DNA of 49,794 bases from Protoeuglena noctilucae (taxonomy: Eukaryota): the NCBI GenBank assembly GCA_958009085.1, contig OY253682.1:930001-979794 (forward strand), written 5' to 3'. Positions 1 to 11,538 of the stretch are shown piece after piece. The position numbers and the translations under genes are program-made. The notes under the pieces were generated by a model. It saw nothing but the letters and a program-made list of their open reading frames with translations. It made no database searches and had not been told where the DNA came from. Numbering within the stretch: the stretch's first letter is position 1; each line of letters begins with the position of its first letter.

Positions 1-3000
1 CGCGCGGCTGCTTCGTCCATCGGCCCCACCCACGAGGGGCGCTTGGATGGGCCGGAGGGGGCGGGGGCGGGCGAGCGCGGGCGGTGGCTGGGGGAGGGGG
101 GGGCGGCGTCGCTGGGCATCGGGCTGCTGAGGGAAGGGGGGGGAGGGGGGGTGATGGGCTGGTGATAGGTGGATAGGGTGGTTGCTGGGTGCAGTAGGGG
201 CGCGAGAGCGGCTGCAACAGTGCTGACCCCAATGACATGTAACCCCATCTACACCCTCACACCCCTGCTACCCCCATCCCACCAACCCCCACACCCCATC
301 TACTCCCCACCACACCCCCCACCCCCCCTCCCCACTCACCGTCCCCCCGGCACGGCCACCGCCACTCCCCCCCACATGTCATCCTCGGCCGCCCTCCTGT
401 TCTTGGCAGCCGCCCTCCTCCTCTCCTCCCACTCCCGCTTCCTCTCTTCCTCAGCCTTGCGCTTCTCTTCAGCCACCCTCCGCCTCTCCTCCTCAACCGC
501 TCGTCGTGCCTCGCGCTCCCTCATCCGATCACGCTCGGCCTTCTCTGCGGCTAGCCGCTCCCTCTCCGCGGCAAGGAGAGCGGCTTTCTCCATTTCCACG
601 CGCTGCCTGGGGGGAGGGGGAGGTGAGGGGTGTGGGTTGGTGGGGTAGGGGCCGGGCGGTGGTGGTGGCGGAGGGGTGGAGAGGGGGCGGGTGGTCGGAC
701 AGACGGGGCACGAAGCACTGATATGCCTTTTGCTAAGATAGCAACGATTTTAAGCCACTGCCACCGACCGTCAGCACCACCCACCCACCCCACCGCCCCT
801 CCCATCCCTCACCTGCGCATGTCCTCCAGTTGCCTCCTCTGCCCCTCCAGCTCCATCTGCTGCATCTCCAGCCTCGCCAGCTCCCCCTGCCGCTTGGCCC
901 GCAGCGCGTTTACCTCCGCGGCCTTCTGCGCCTCGGCCGCCGCGCGCTGCCGGGCACTCTCGGCGCGCTCTCTGGGTGGGAGGGAGGGGAGTGAAGGGAC
1001 ATGGTAACGGACTCTGCTGTCATTCATTGCTACCTCGCCACCCTCTCCCTCTCCCTCAGCCTCCCCATGTCGTCATCTGCACAGCTACACCCCTCATCCC
1101 CCCTCACCTGCTGACCCTCTCCCTCTCCCTCAGCTCCGCCTCTGCCTTTGCCCTCTCTTCTTCCAGCTGCTGACGACGTGCCTCCAACTCACGCTCGCGG
1201 CGAGCCTTGAACTCCGTCAGCTTGCGCAGCTCCTCCTCCTTCTGAAGGGGGGAGACATGCGATGGATGCATTGGTTCGTTTGATATGGTGCGATACCCAA
1301 CCGCGGATAATGTGGTCACATGTGACTGCACCACCCATCCCTTCACTCGTCACTTGCACCATCTCCCTCACAATTAATTAATACCCATCCCCCTCTACCC
1401 ACCCCATTCACCTGCACGATCTCCGACGCACGTCTTGTGGGCGACCCGGGCACGCCTCCCGTGGGGGTGGGGGTGCGGGCGCGGGCGGGAGCGGGCGCCA
1501 CCCCCGCGGCCTTGCCCGCCACGACCACGCCGTGCACGCGGGGGGGGGTGGGGGTGCGGGAGCGGAGAGCGGAGGCGCGGGGCGGGGGTGTGCCGCCGCG
1601 GGGGGGGGTGGGGTTGCGCGAGGGCGGCTGGGAGCGGCTGGCCGTGGAGGCGGTGGCGGAGGCGGAGGCGGAAGACGCGGCGCTGGCCCGGCTGCGGGGG
1701 TGGGGGTGGGGGTGGGGATTGGTGTGTTGTCGCACAAGCACGCATGATTGCCGCAAGGGTGTGCAGGTGCAGCGTAGTACTAAGAAAACAGCTGCTTTGC
1801 GTAGTACTTAATTCATACCCCTCCCCCCATGTATGCCCCCCCTTGCCTGGGCATGCGGTCGAGGTGTCCCCGGAGCGTGGGCACCAGCTGCCCCGGCGCG
1901 GGCGGCAGGTGGATGACGGTGTGGGAGAACTCCTTGTTCATGACCGTGGCGGAGAGGAACCGCTCAATGCGCTCTTTCAAAATAGGCTCCTGCAGCACCT
2001 GGTTGATGGAGGGGCGCTCCTTGGGGTTGGTGCGGATCATCTGCTTGATCAAGTCACGCAGGGACCTGGGGGGGGAGGGAGGGAGGTGGTGGGAGTGTGG
2101 GGGAGATCAGTAGACATACTTGGCGCATGCGATAGGCAGTATAACATACCGTACCCCGACTGTGTTGGCCGAGTTGCTGACCAGCAAAAGCGAGTACTAA
2201 GTGCCACTGCGTCATCGCTCTTCCTGCCCAGTGTACACCTGTGCTTCTACTAACACCATGGTCTCACTTGGAGTACTTGGCGGGCGGCTCCGGAAAGTTC
2301 CCCTTGACGATCTTGTGAATGAGGAGCTGCAGGGAGTTGGCGTCAAAGGCGTGCTTGAGCGTGGTCATCTCGTACAGCACGCAGCCCAGGGACCAGATGT
2401 CGCTGCGGTCGTTGTACTTCTGCGGGATGAGAGAGGCGGGGGGATTAGGTGAGAGGTCGCTAGCGTTGTGATAGGCTGAGGGATGGCAGGCGGAGCCAGG
2501 TGTGAGCGAGCAGTTGTACGGCGCTGGCGGGGGTAGCGCAGCGGGGGTCGTGGAGGGGCCACCGGCTGCGGGAACCCTCAGTCCAACTCCCACTTGCCTT
2601 GTTCTGGCAGATCTCTGGCGACAGGTAGTAGGGCGTGCCCACGGCCGTGGACGCCAGCGCGTTGGTGCCCTGCAGGATCTTGGCCACGCCGAAGTCGCCC
2701 AGCTTCAGAATGCCGCCGGAAGACACAAAGATGTTCTGCGAAGACCGGAGCGCAGCGTGGCGCGGGGGGCCGCGAAATGCATCCACGATCCCAGCGCACA
2801 CTCTGCTAGCATAGACCGACCATTCGGGCCGTGTGCCGCGCGCGGATTCCGCCCTCGCTGTTCACCTGTGACTTAAGGTCTCGGTGGAGGATCTTGCGGT
2901 CGTGCACGTGCTTCACGGCCAGGCACACTTGCACGAACCAGTCGAGGATGGTCTCCTCCGGGAGCAGCTGGCCGTTGCGCTTCTTGAGCGCCGTGTACAT

Positions 3001-3558
3001 GTCGCCGTTCTCGCAATAATCCATCACGATGCACAGCTGCGGGCCGGCGGGGAGGGCGTGAGCGAACAGGAGGCGCTTTGCATCCCGTGCACGCCCTACG
3101 AGAACGACGGCGACGGCCAGGCCCCACCTTGCCCTGGTGGATGAACGACTCGACGCAAGAGACGATGTTCGGATGGCTCAGGGACTGGAGGACCTGCGCG
3201 GGCGAGGCAGAAAGGGCTAGGGTTGCGCCGGTCATGCCGGGCCGGTCGGGAACGAGCGCCGCGCCCGGCCAGCGACGGGGGAGGGCAGGACGCAAAGCGA
3301 CTGGAGCATTCCTGCCGACGGGCCCGAGCAGCGATGGCCGGTAACGCGGGCGCGGGGACGTCACATGCGCGCAACTCCCCGCGACGCAAAGGCCCTCACC
3401 CGCGCCTCCAGCTGCGCGGCCTCCGGCTCCTGGCGCGGCATGCGAGACACGTCAATTTCCTTGATGACGTACGTCTTGCCATCGTGGATGTTGGTGACCT
3501 TGATGGCCTGGCCAAACGACCCCCGCCCCAGCACAGGGCCCTTCTTGTACTTGTCCAT
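1..3558 (-). CDS. NIMA-related (NEK1/NEK4/CNK-like) Ser/Thr kinase with C-terminal coiled coil; multi-exon, 3' end runs off the window start
   Basis: Spliced exons give [85 protein letters not shown] and [13 protein letters not shown]. Pro-rich and E/R-rich coiled-coil exons follow at about 1-1700. Confidence 0.93.
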
Positions 3559-3924
3559 CGCGCCGGCTCGCTCGCCGTGCCAGGGTGTCGGTAGAACTCT
3601 CTAAGTGCCGAAGCAGCGCCCACTCCCCGACCCGCGCGGCAGGACGGGCTCCGCACGGGGGGTTGATGGGACCGGGCGTCCCACTAGCAGCAGGCGGGTC
3701 TGCCCGCCCGTTTGCATCTGATACGTATGGCACAGCTAGGCCTGAGGGGTCGTTCAAAGCCCGCGGCTTCAGGGGCAAACCAGAAGCTTTGCCCTGGATG
3801 GACTTCCAAAAGGTCCCTTGCGTCCCGTGGCTTCATGCGGCTTCATTTGTCGGCACAGGCGAGCCTCACGGGCGGTCGCAGCCCATTCGGGCCCGGACAC
3901 TCCGCCTGGCGCGGCAGGACAAGA

Positions 3925-6900
3925 ATGGCCGATGCGATGACCGTCGGCCTCAGGCTGGCCCGCCTGCGGTGCGTCCTTCGCGACCGTGGTCTGGACGCCA
4001 TGCTGCTGGTGCCCGGCGTGGACGGCAGGGACAACTTGCCCGCGCGGCAGGTGTTGGGCTGGGCTTTGCTCGGGCGCAGCGGTTCCGAGGCTCTCGAGGG
4101 ATCCCGCCTGCCAGAGCCCCTCGAGGACTGCTTCTTCGTCCTGCGGCCGTCATCTCTGGACGTTTATTGCCCCCCCGCGGCGCGGCGCGACTTGCAGCTC
4201 CTCTCCTGCGAGGTGCGTTCGTGCGTGCGCGGACCGCCCGGGCGCCTGTGAGGCCCGTTTGAAAGTGTAATTACACACGTACCCTGCTGCGCTCCTCCGC
4301 AGGGGTTCCTGCGCCTGCATGGTCCCGGGGAGGCTGTCGAAGGCGACGCTGATGCCGAGGAGGCCTGGAAGGTCGGCTGCTTCGTCCACTGCCTCTCCGG
4401 TCTGCGGTCGGTGGGCGTGCCCCTCACTCCGAAACCCGACGGCAGCGGCGGTGACCCCATGGAGGTGGAGCGGTGGCCGCTGGTGCAGGCGTACGGCGCC
4501 GAGGGTGTCGGCCGCCCCGGCTTCTTCTCCCTCAACTTCCAAGTGGTCGACGTGGGGCAGGTCAGTGGATATGGGGGCTCTCAAATGGCGGGGGGGTTTT
4601 GATAACTGCACGTGACACATGCAATTGCCATGCTCTCCACGCAGGATGTCATGGAGTGCATCACTCGCCTGGACGGTGCGGCGCTGGCGGCGGTGGAGCG
4701 GGGTGGGGCGGCCCGGGTGGCGCAGGCGTGGGCGGAGGGCATGCAGCGGGCCAAGGGTGAGAGGGTCACGCGATGGGGGCTGCAGGGGCGTGATGAGGGC
4801 CGTGGATGCGTGCATGAGCTACAAGGACGACATGCGGGATACTGGATGTGTCACTTGGCTCGCACCTTCAGGCATGCCCCACGATCGCCGATGGCGCGAG
4901 GCCACGACCGACACCCTCGCTGCCCCCCTGCGCACTCTCTGGGACTTTGGCACCCTGCGTGTGCCGGAGGGTGTGACCCCGGCGCACCTCCCCGTGCGGG
5001 CGGGGGCGGGGGCGGGCGCGGCGTCGTTGTCTTTGCCACTTGCGGACGTGCCAGAGGGAACGGGCCTGCATCCGCAACCCATCGTGGGGTGAGACGCGCT
5101 GTGAGACACGCAGATGGGATAAAGCACAAAGTGTTTGCGGGGATGGGCGGGAATCGAGATTCCATAGCTGTGCATCGCCAAGCGCCTCACAGGACCATGC
5201 AGACACTCATCTGCCTTCCCTCATCACCGCAGCGATGGCGGCGCCCCTGCTCCCCACGCGGTGGTGGAGGGCGTCGACCCCCCCAGCGGCGTCTACGCGG
5301 CACGGACGGTGTTGACGACGCATGCGAGTAGTACAGAAGCCCAGCGAGACCTGGCGGACATGGGGGCGGACGACGAGGTGGGGCGCATGCACGGAGCACG
5401 GGCACAGAGCGGTAGCGGTGCTTGCATGCGCATACGGATGTATCCTTTTGCCAACCGCAGGACCGTCTTTTGATGCACGACGATGATGAGCAGCTGCAGG
5501 CGTCTCGACAAGCCATGGCAGGAGCGCCGGCAGCGTCTGCCCTCGCCGCAGCTGCCGCCCTTGCCCTCCGCCGCGCCTGCCGCGCTGCCGCAGCCGTGGC
5601 GCAGCGAGCCGTGGCGCGCGCGGACGGGGCGGCCATGGCCATAGCAGACATTCGTGAGGTGACTGGTGTTGTAACACTCACACCACCCCTATTATCCTGC
5701 TTGGGCTCAAACCATGTCACCTTCATTGCCTGTATGCCAACGCGCCAGCCCTCTCTCGCCCCTTCAGGAGGCTCGCCAGGCCGCTCTCGCATCTCTTGCA
5801 CCCCTGCCCCCCGCCCTGGACCCCTCCCACCTCTCCCTCGACCTCTGGCCCACCTCACCCTGGCGCACCGCACCGTCGCCCCTCCCCGCCGCCCACCCCG
5901 ACCGCCTCCTGGCAGTCCGCGCCTCGCTCCCGGCCACCGCATGGCCCGCAGAGATGGCCGCAACCGGGGGCGCTGTCCATGGCGACACATTCACCTTGTG
6001 CCGCCCAGAGCACGACAGCTGGGGTGGCACGGACTCAGAGCACAGCCGCGATGACGGGCCCTTACCCCGGTGCCTCACCGCGGCTGTCCCGGCGCTGTCG
6101 TCGTGGGCCGTGGCGCTGTGCGAGGCGAGGGCGGAGGGGCAGGCGCGGCGAGTCCTGGCCACACGCACCACCGCCCAAGCCGCGCCATACCGGGAGCGAG
6201 GGGCGCCAGCCACATCCACATCCACATCCGTCAGCTCTTCCCCCCTCTCGCACTGCCTGCTGCGTGCCGCCCATGCTCGCGTGGCTGTGGCTGCCTGCGA
6301 CGATGTGGTGGAGGTCCCTGGGGCGCTGTCGTGCTTTGCGGACGGCCTGGCCTTCATTCCTGACAGCAGCCTCCCTCCGCTGGTCATCCGCCTGCACCCG
6401 TCGCGCGTGGCGAGGGTGCGGGTGCAGGGTGGGGCAGCGGTGGTGATCGAGATGGCAAGGGCGGGGGCGAGTGACGGGGTTCGACAGCAGAGCGGAAATG
6501 CGGAGGCAGGGATAGGCGATGACTGCGAGTCGCGCCCGCTGTCGCTGTGCTGGCCTCCCCTGTCCGCCCTTCCTGGCTTTGAGGGGTGCGTGGCTCTGGC
6601 GATTGATGCCTTAGGGCCTGGGCCGGCGAGGACAATGCGGTCGGCGGTGCTGGGGGCCTGGGAGCTCGCGTGTTTGGCCAACGGGGTGGGGTTTGCTAGG
6701 GAAGAGGCGCGGGGAGAGGAGGGGCAAAGCGACGATGGGGAGGGTGTGAACCCGAGTGTCCTCCGTCGCTGGCTTCGGACCCAGGCTTTCAGCTCTGCGG
6801 GTGACGTGCCTCGTGGCTTGAGAGACGCGATGGGTGACCCCACTGCTGCTGGGATGGCCATGGACGTGGCAGAGGCGGTGGCAATGGCACCCGACGTGGC

Positions 6901-8538
6901 GCGACTGGTGCGGGGCAAGGGCAGCGCGATGCGTGCGGCGGGGGCCTCGAGGTGTACCTGCTCGTGGGTCCGCCCGGCGCGGACGTGGCGGCGGTGGGGG
7001 CGCGGGTGGCGGAGCTGGCGGGGGCGTCCCGACGGTGGGCGGTGGCACGCAAGCCGTCGATGGGGTGGGCCGGGGCGCCCATGGACCTCACCGGCAGCGA
7101 ATATGAGATGTGGAAAGCGGAGCGGGACGCGTGGAAGAGGGCGGGATGCGCTGCGCCCAGCGGTGCGGTTGGCGACCGCAGCGATCGCGACCGCCCCCCG
7201 GCACTGCTGTGGTGCATGTGGGGGTACGGCTCGGCAGTGGACGCTGCGCAGTGGGTCTTGCGAGCTCCAAAGGGCGCCCCACCTCGCGCGCTGCGTGCCG
7301 TGGTAGCCGTGGTGCGGCCGGGGGACGTGGCGGGTGGCGGGGGTGCCGCCTTCCCAGCCATGAGCGCGAGCTGTGCCGTGGGGCCCGTGCTGCACCCGGG
7401 ATTGGTGGACACGGCTGTGGTGGCGGCGCGGCCCTTCGAGGAGGCGGGGCCAGCCGTGGCGGTGCTGTCAGGGCGGCTCCCGGGTGCGCGTGTGGTGCAG
7501 ATGTCTGCGCTGGCAGCAGCGGCAGACGAGCTGCTGCAGCCGGCAAAGCCCGACCCGCGCGCGGTCGCGGCCGCGTGCCTGGCGCGGGGACTGTGGTCGG
7601 GCGAAGCGAGCGTGGCTGTGGGGCATGGCGTGGCGGTGGGGCTGCGTGGGGACGTGGATGGGGCGCGGCTGGTAGAGGCAGTGCGGGGTGCCGTAGACAG
7701 TGGTCGCCGCGCAGAGGAAGGTCCCCCGCCGCTGGAGGAGCGCCCGGGTGAGCATGGCGGACGGGAACAGAGCGGGGCAGGTGCAAGATATGGCCTAGTC
7801 AGCATGCTGTGTCTCTTTGCAATCATGTTCTTCCTCCTGTGACCCTCTCAGGTGGCGTACTCTGGCGCCGCATCCACGGCGTCCGTGGCCGCTTCCTAAC
7901 CCCGGACGGCGCCACGCTGTGGCTGCACTGTGACGCGGTGACGGGGGAGGTGGACGTCAGCGATGGGGCGGCAGGGGAGGCACTGCCGGCGGTGAGCAAG
8001 CGCGACAGAAAGTGGCTTGTATTGCACACGAAGACCCGATCTCTGCACTTCTGCGTACATGCACCTCTTCACAGCTCCACCACTGGCTGCTTTATACTGC
8101 ACTTCACGCGACCTATGCCAGTCTCTCACAACCCTACGAGTCACCTGCCCTTCATCGTACTCGCAGGGCCTGTCCGGTGCATTCGTGCTGTGGGGCCCGG
8201 GGGTGAACCTGGCCACTGCACAAGACGTGCTGTGCCGAGCAGGTCCCCTGGCCCCGAAAAGGGAGGCCACGCTCACAGCCCCGCCCGCATCTGTGATGGA
8301 TGCGCTGTCGCGGGAACTGAGAGCCGGGCCCGCTCCTGAGGGATGGGCTTTCGATGGGTGGGGATACGTGGATGCGTGGGGCAGGACTAGAGATGCCCAC
8401 CCGGGGCTGGATGAGGCGGCGGCGAGGTGGCTGGCGGAGCACAACGCGGGGGTGGGGGCACGCAATGCAGAGGCGGAGGCGGCGTGGGCGCGGGTGCGGC
8501 CGCTGAGAGTGGAGGCGTACGGTGGGGCCAACGCTTGA
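3925..8538 (+). CDS. DNAAF9: DNAAF9/C20orf194/Shulin-like dynein assembly factor; multi-exon, apparent 1-nt frameshift near 6940
   Basis: N-terminal LARLRCVL..DAMLLVPGVDGRDN, the motif EVERWPLVQAYGAEGVGRPGFFSLN, a P-loop-like VYLLVGPPG segment and C-terminal PEGWAFDGWGYVDAWG..HPGLD..WLAEHN match my recollection of the C20orf194 family. Donors are GT and acceptors CAG. Confidence 0.8.
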
Positions 8539-9307
8539 GGGAGCGGCTGCGCGTGACAAACGCAAGACTGCCAGCAGGGTGCGAGGTTTCGCACAGCACG
8601 ATGCAGCGCATGCGACGGGGGAGCTATAGCAGCGCTTCCTTTGCGCCTTGAAGGCGTCAGACGCTGCTTGAAGGCAGATGTGGCCAGATGAATGCAATAT
8701 GCATCCAAAGCCGTGTGAGTAAAGCGTTCAGGAAGCACGCGTGTGCTCTATCTAGTCAGTCAGACAGGCCTGACTGGGCAGCTTTGCCGCTTTCAATGCC
8801 CCGACGCACGAGAAGTCTTGTGTGATCGTCAGCTGCGGTGTCTCTCTCGCCAAGCGTGTTCTCTGTCCGCCTTAATCCGACCCAAAAATCTAACGCTACC
8901 ACGGGAAGGACGAAGCGAGGATGCAGCGCAGCAGCTGTGTAGATCACCTGTAAACAAAATTTTGCTGGGTGCTTCCGGGGCCAGAGAGAGTGCCAGCGGG
9001 GCGCGCTGGAGCCACCAAGGACTGGGCGCTTTCCCCAGCCGCTTCCTCATCAAAGCGGCAATCCGTCTCCTTTTCTGGGTATAATTTGATGCAATGGCTT
9101 GCGTTCAAACCTTTTAAACGCCCCTGAGTGCCTGGATAGTCGGCTGCGGAGGCGGTCAAGGCAGATCCCTTGCGTGGCCCTCTGCGCCTGGTTACGTGGT
9201 CCGTCCTGCTTTTTAGCATGATTGCAAGCGCACAGTCAAGGCGCAAGTCGTTCGGCAGGGCCGTCGGCGCCCGGTATGTCGTTCCGGCGCCGGGAAGGGG
9301 CGCCGAC

Positions 9308-11435
9308 ATGGCACTGACCAAGCAAGGCCCGCCGTGCGCGCAGGCGGGCTGTGAGAGGCGTCCGGACTTCTACAGCTCTTGCAGTGACGTTCACTCCACT
9401 GTACTGGTTTGCACGATCTCCCAGAACCAGCAAACGGTCGCGGAGGTTCGCGGAGGTGGGCGCGTCTTTAAGGGTATGGCAAACTTTGCGGAGGAGAGGC
9501 GCGCTGAAGCGGTGAGAGGGACGGGGATGCCGGGGCGGAAAGACTCTGGCGGATGTGATGGATGCATGCCCGGGCAGGGCCGGACGGTGGAGGTGTAACG
9601 CAAACTGCAGCGTGACAGTGGCATTCTGTCGCCCGCAGTTGCAAGGATTATCAGCTGGACAGGAGGCGTGCAGCCCGCACATGGACTGGGGACATCATGG
9701 CATCGTCAACTCGGTGGCCTTCTCCCCGGACGGCAAGCTGCTGGCGAGCGGGTCCGTGGACAAGACGGTCAAGCTGTGGGATGCGGCGACGGGGGCTGAG
9801 GTGCACACACTGGCCGGGCACTGTTGGTCGGTGAACTCGGTGGCCTTCTCGCCGGATGGGGAGCTGCTGGCAAGCGGGTCTGAGGACAAGACGATTAAGC
9901 TGTGGGACCCGGCAACGGGTGCGGAGGTGCGCACGCTGTGCGGGCACCTGGATAGAGTGACCTCGGCGGCCTTTTCTCCCGATGGCAAGCTGCTGGCGAG
10001 CGCGTCGTGGGACAAGACCGTCAGGGTGTGGGACGCGGCGACGGGGGAGGAGGTGCACACACTGTCAGGCCACCTGGATAGGGTGACCTCTGTGGCCTTC
10101 TCGCCCGACGGCAAAGTGGTGGCGAGCGGGTCCTCTGATCAGACGGTCAGGGTGTGGGACCCGGCCGCGGGTGCTGAGGTGCGCACGCTGTCAGGGCACT
10201 CTGGGGCGGTGCTCTCGGTTGCCTTCTCGCCTGACGGCAGGCTCCTGGCGAGCGGGTCTTCTGATCAGATGGTGAAGCTGTGGGACCCGGCGACGGGTGC
10301 GGAAATGCACACGCTGTCCGGGGACTGCGGGGATGTGAACTCGGTGGCCTTTTCGCCAGATGGGAAGCGGGTAGCAACCGGGTCTAATAACTTTACTGCC
10401 AGACTGTGGGACGTGGCGATGGAGACGGTGCTGCACACGCTGTCCAGAGAGCTGTCCGGGCACCGCGGGGCGGTGTATTCGGTGGCCTTCTCACCCGACG
10501 GCAAGGTGCTGGCGACCGGGTCAAGTGACTATACGGTCAAGCTGTGGGACGCGGTGACAGCGACGGAGTTACGCACCCTGTCCGGGCACAGTGGGGCGGT
10601 GTTCTTGGTGGCACCGTCGCCCGATGGCAAGCTGGTGGCGAGTGGATCTGGGGACAAGACGGTCAAGCTGTGGTCGGTGGTTACCGGGATGGAGGTGCGC
10701 ACCCTGTCCGGGCACTGTGGGACGGTGTTTTCGATGGCCTTCTCGCCCGACGGGAAGCTGCTCGCAAGCGGGTCGGATGACAAGACGGCTAAGCTTTGGG
10801 ACGCAGCGACGGGCGCGGAGGTGCGCACACTGCCCGTGCATTCTGGGGATGTAAACTCGGTCGCCTTTTCTCCCGACGGAAAGGTGCTCGCGAGTGGGTC
10901 GAATGACCGTACGGTGAAGCTGTGGGACGTGGCGACAGGGGCGGTGCTGCACACGCTCTCCGGGCACCTTGATAGGGTAACCTCGGTGGCTTTCTCGCCG
11001 GATGGGGAGCTGCTGGCAAGCGGGTCCGTGGACACAAAGGTCAAGCTGTGGGACCCGGCAACAGGGGCTGAGGTGTGCACGCTGTCTGGGCACTCTGGGG
11101 ACGTAAACACGGTGGCATTCTCGCCGGATGGCAAGTTGCTGGCGAGTGGGTCGGATGACAATACGGTCAAGCTGTGGGACGTTGCGACGGGTGCGGAGGT
11201 GCGCACCCTCTCCGGGCACTTTGATCGGGTCACCTCCGTAGCCTTCTCGCCCGACGGCAAGCTGCTAGCGAGCGCGTCGTGGGATGAGACAGTCAGGGTG
11301 TGGGACGCGGCAACGGGGACAGAGGCACGCGAGCTGTTCACACACTCTGGGCTGGTGGCCTCCGTGGCTTTCTTGTCGGACGGGATGAATCTTGCGTCCG
11401 GTTACGGCCACAAAGCTCGGTTGCTGAGGTTGTAG
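9308..11435 (+). CDS. WD40-repeat protein with 14 highly similar repeats (two 7-bladed propellers); probable short exon 1 at 9308-9511, large exon at 9639-11435
   Basis: 14 units of about 42 aa with consensus GH.xxV.SVAFSPDGKLLASGS.D.TVKLWD.ATG.E..TL. A phase-0 GT-AG intron at 9512-9638 joins the upstream ORF in frame. The start codon is uncertain. Confidence 0.9.
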
Positions 11436-11538
11436 GGCGTTGTTAGCATTAGTGGTAGGGTTCAATCGTACTGTCTCCACGCCTTTGTTACACGCATCTC
11501 CATGCCACTGACCCCAGCCCATGCACCACCCGCAAGCG

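Noticed and set aside
8743..9084. ORF upstream of the WD40 gene as a NACHT or effector relic
   Set aside because: No Walker A or other recognisable motif. A TGTAA at 8949 may instead be the polyadenylation signal of the DNAAF9-like gene.
9681..11435. Regular ~126-bp repeats as a CRISPR array or satellite
   Set aside because: They are in-frame WD40 coding repeats with no repeat-spacer structure, in a eukaryotic context.
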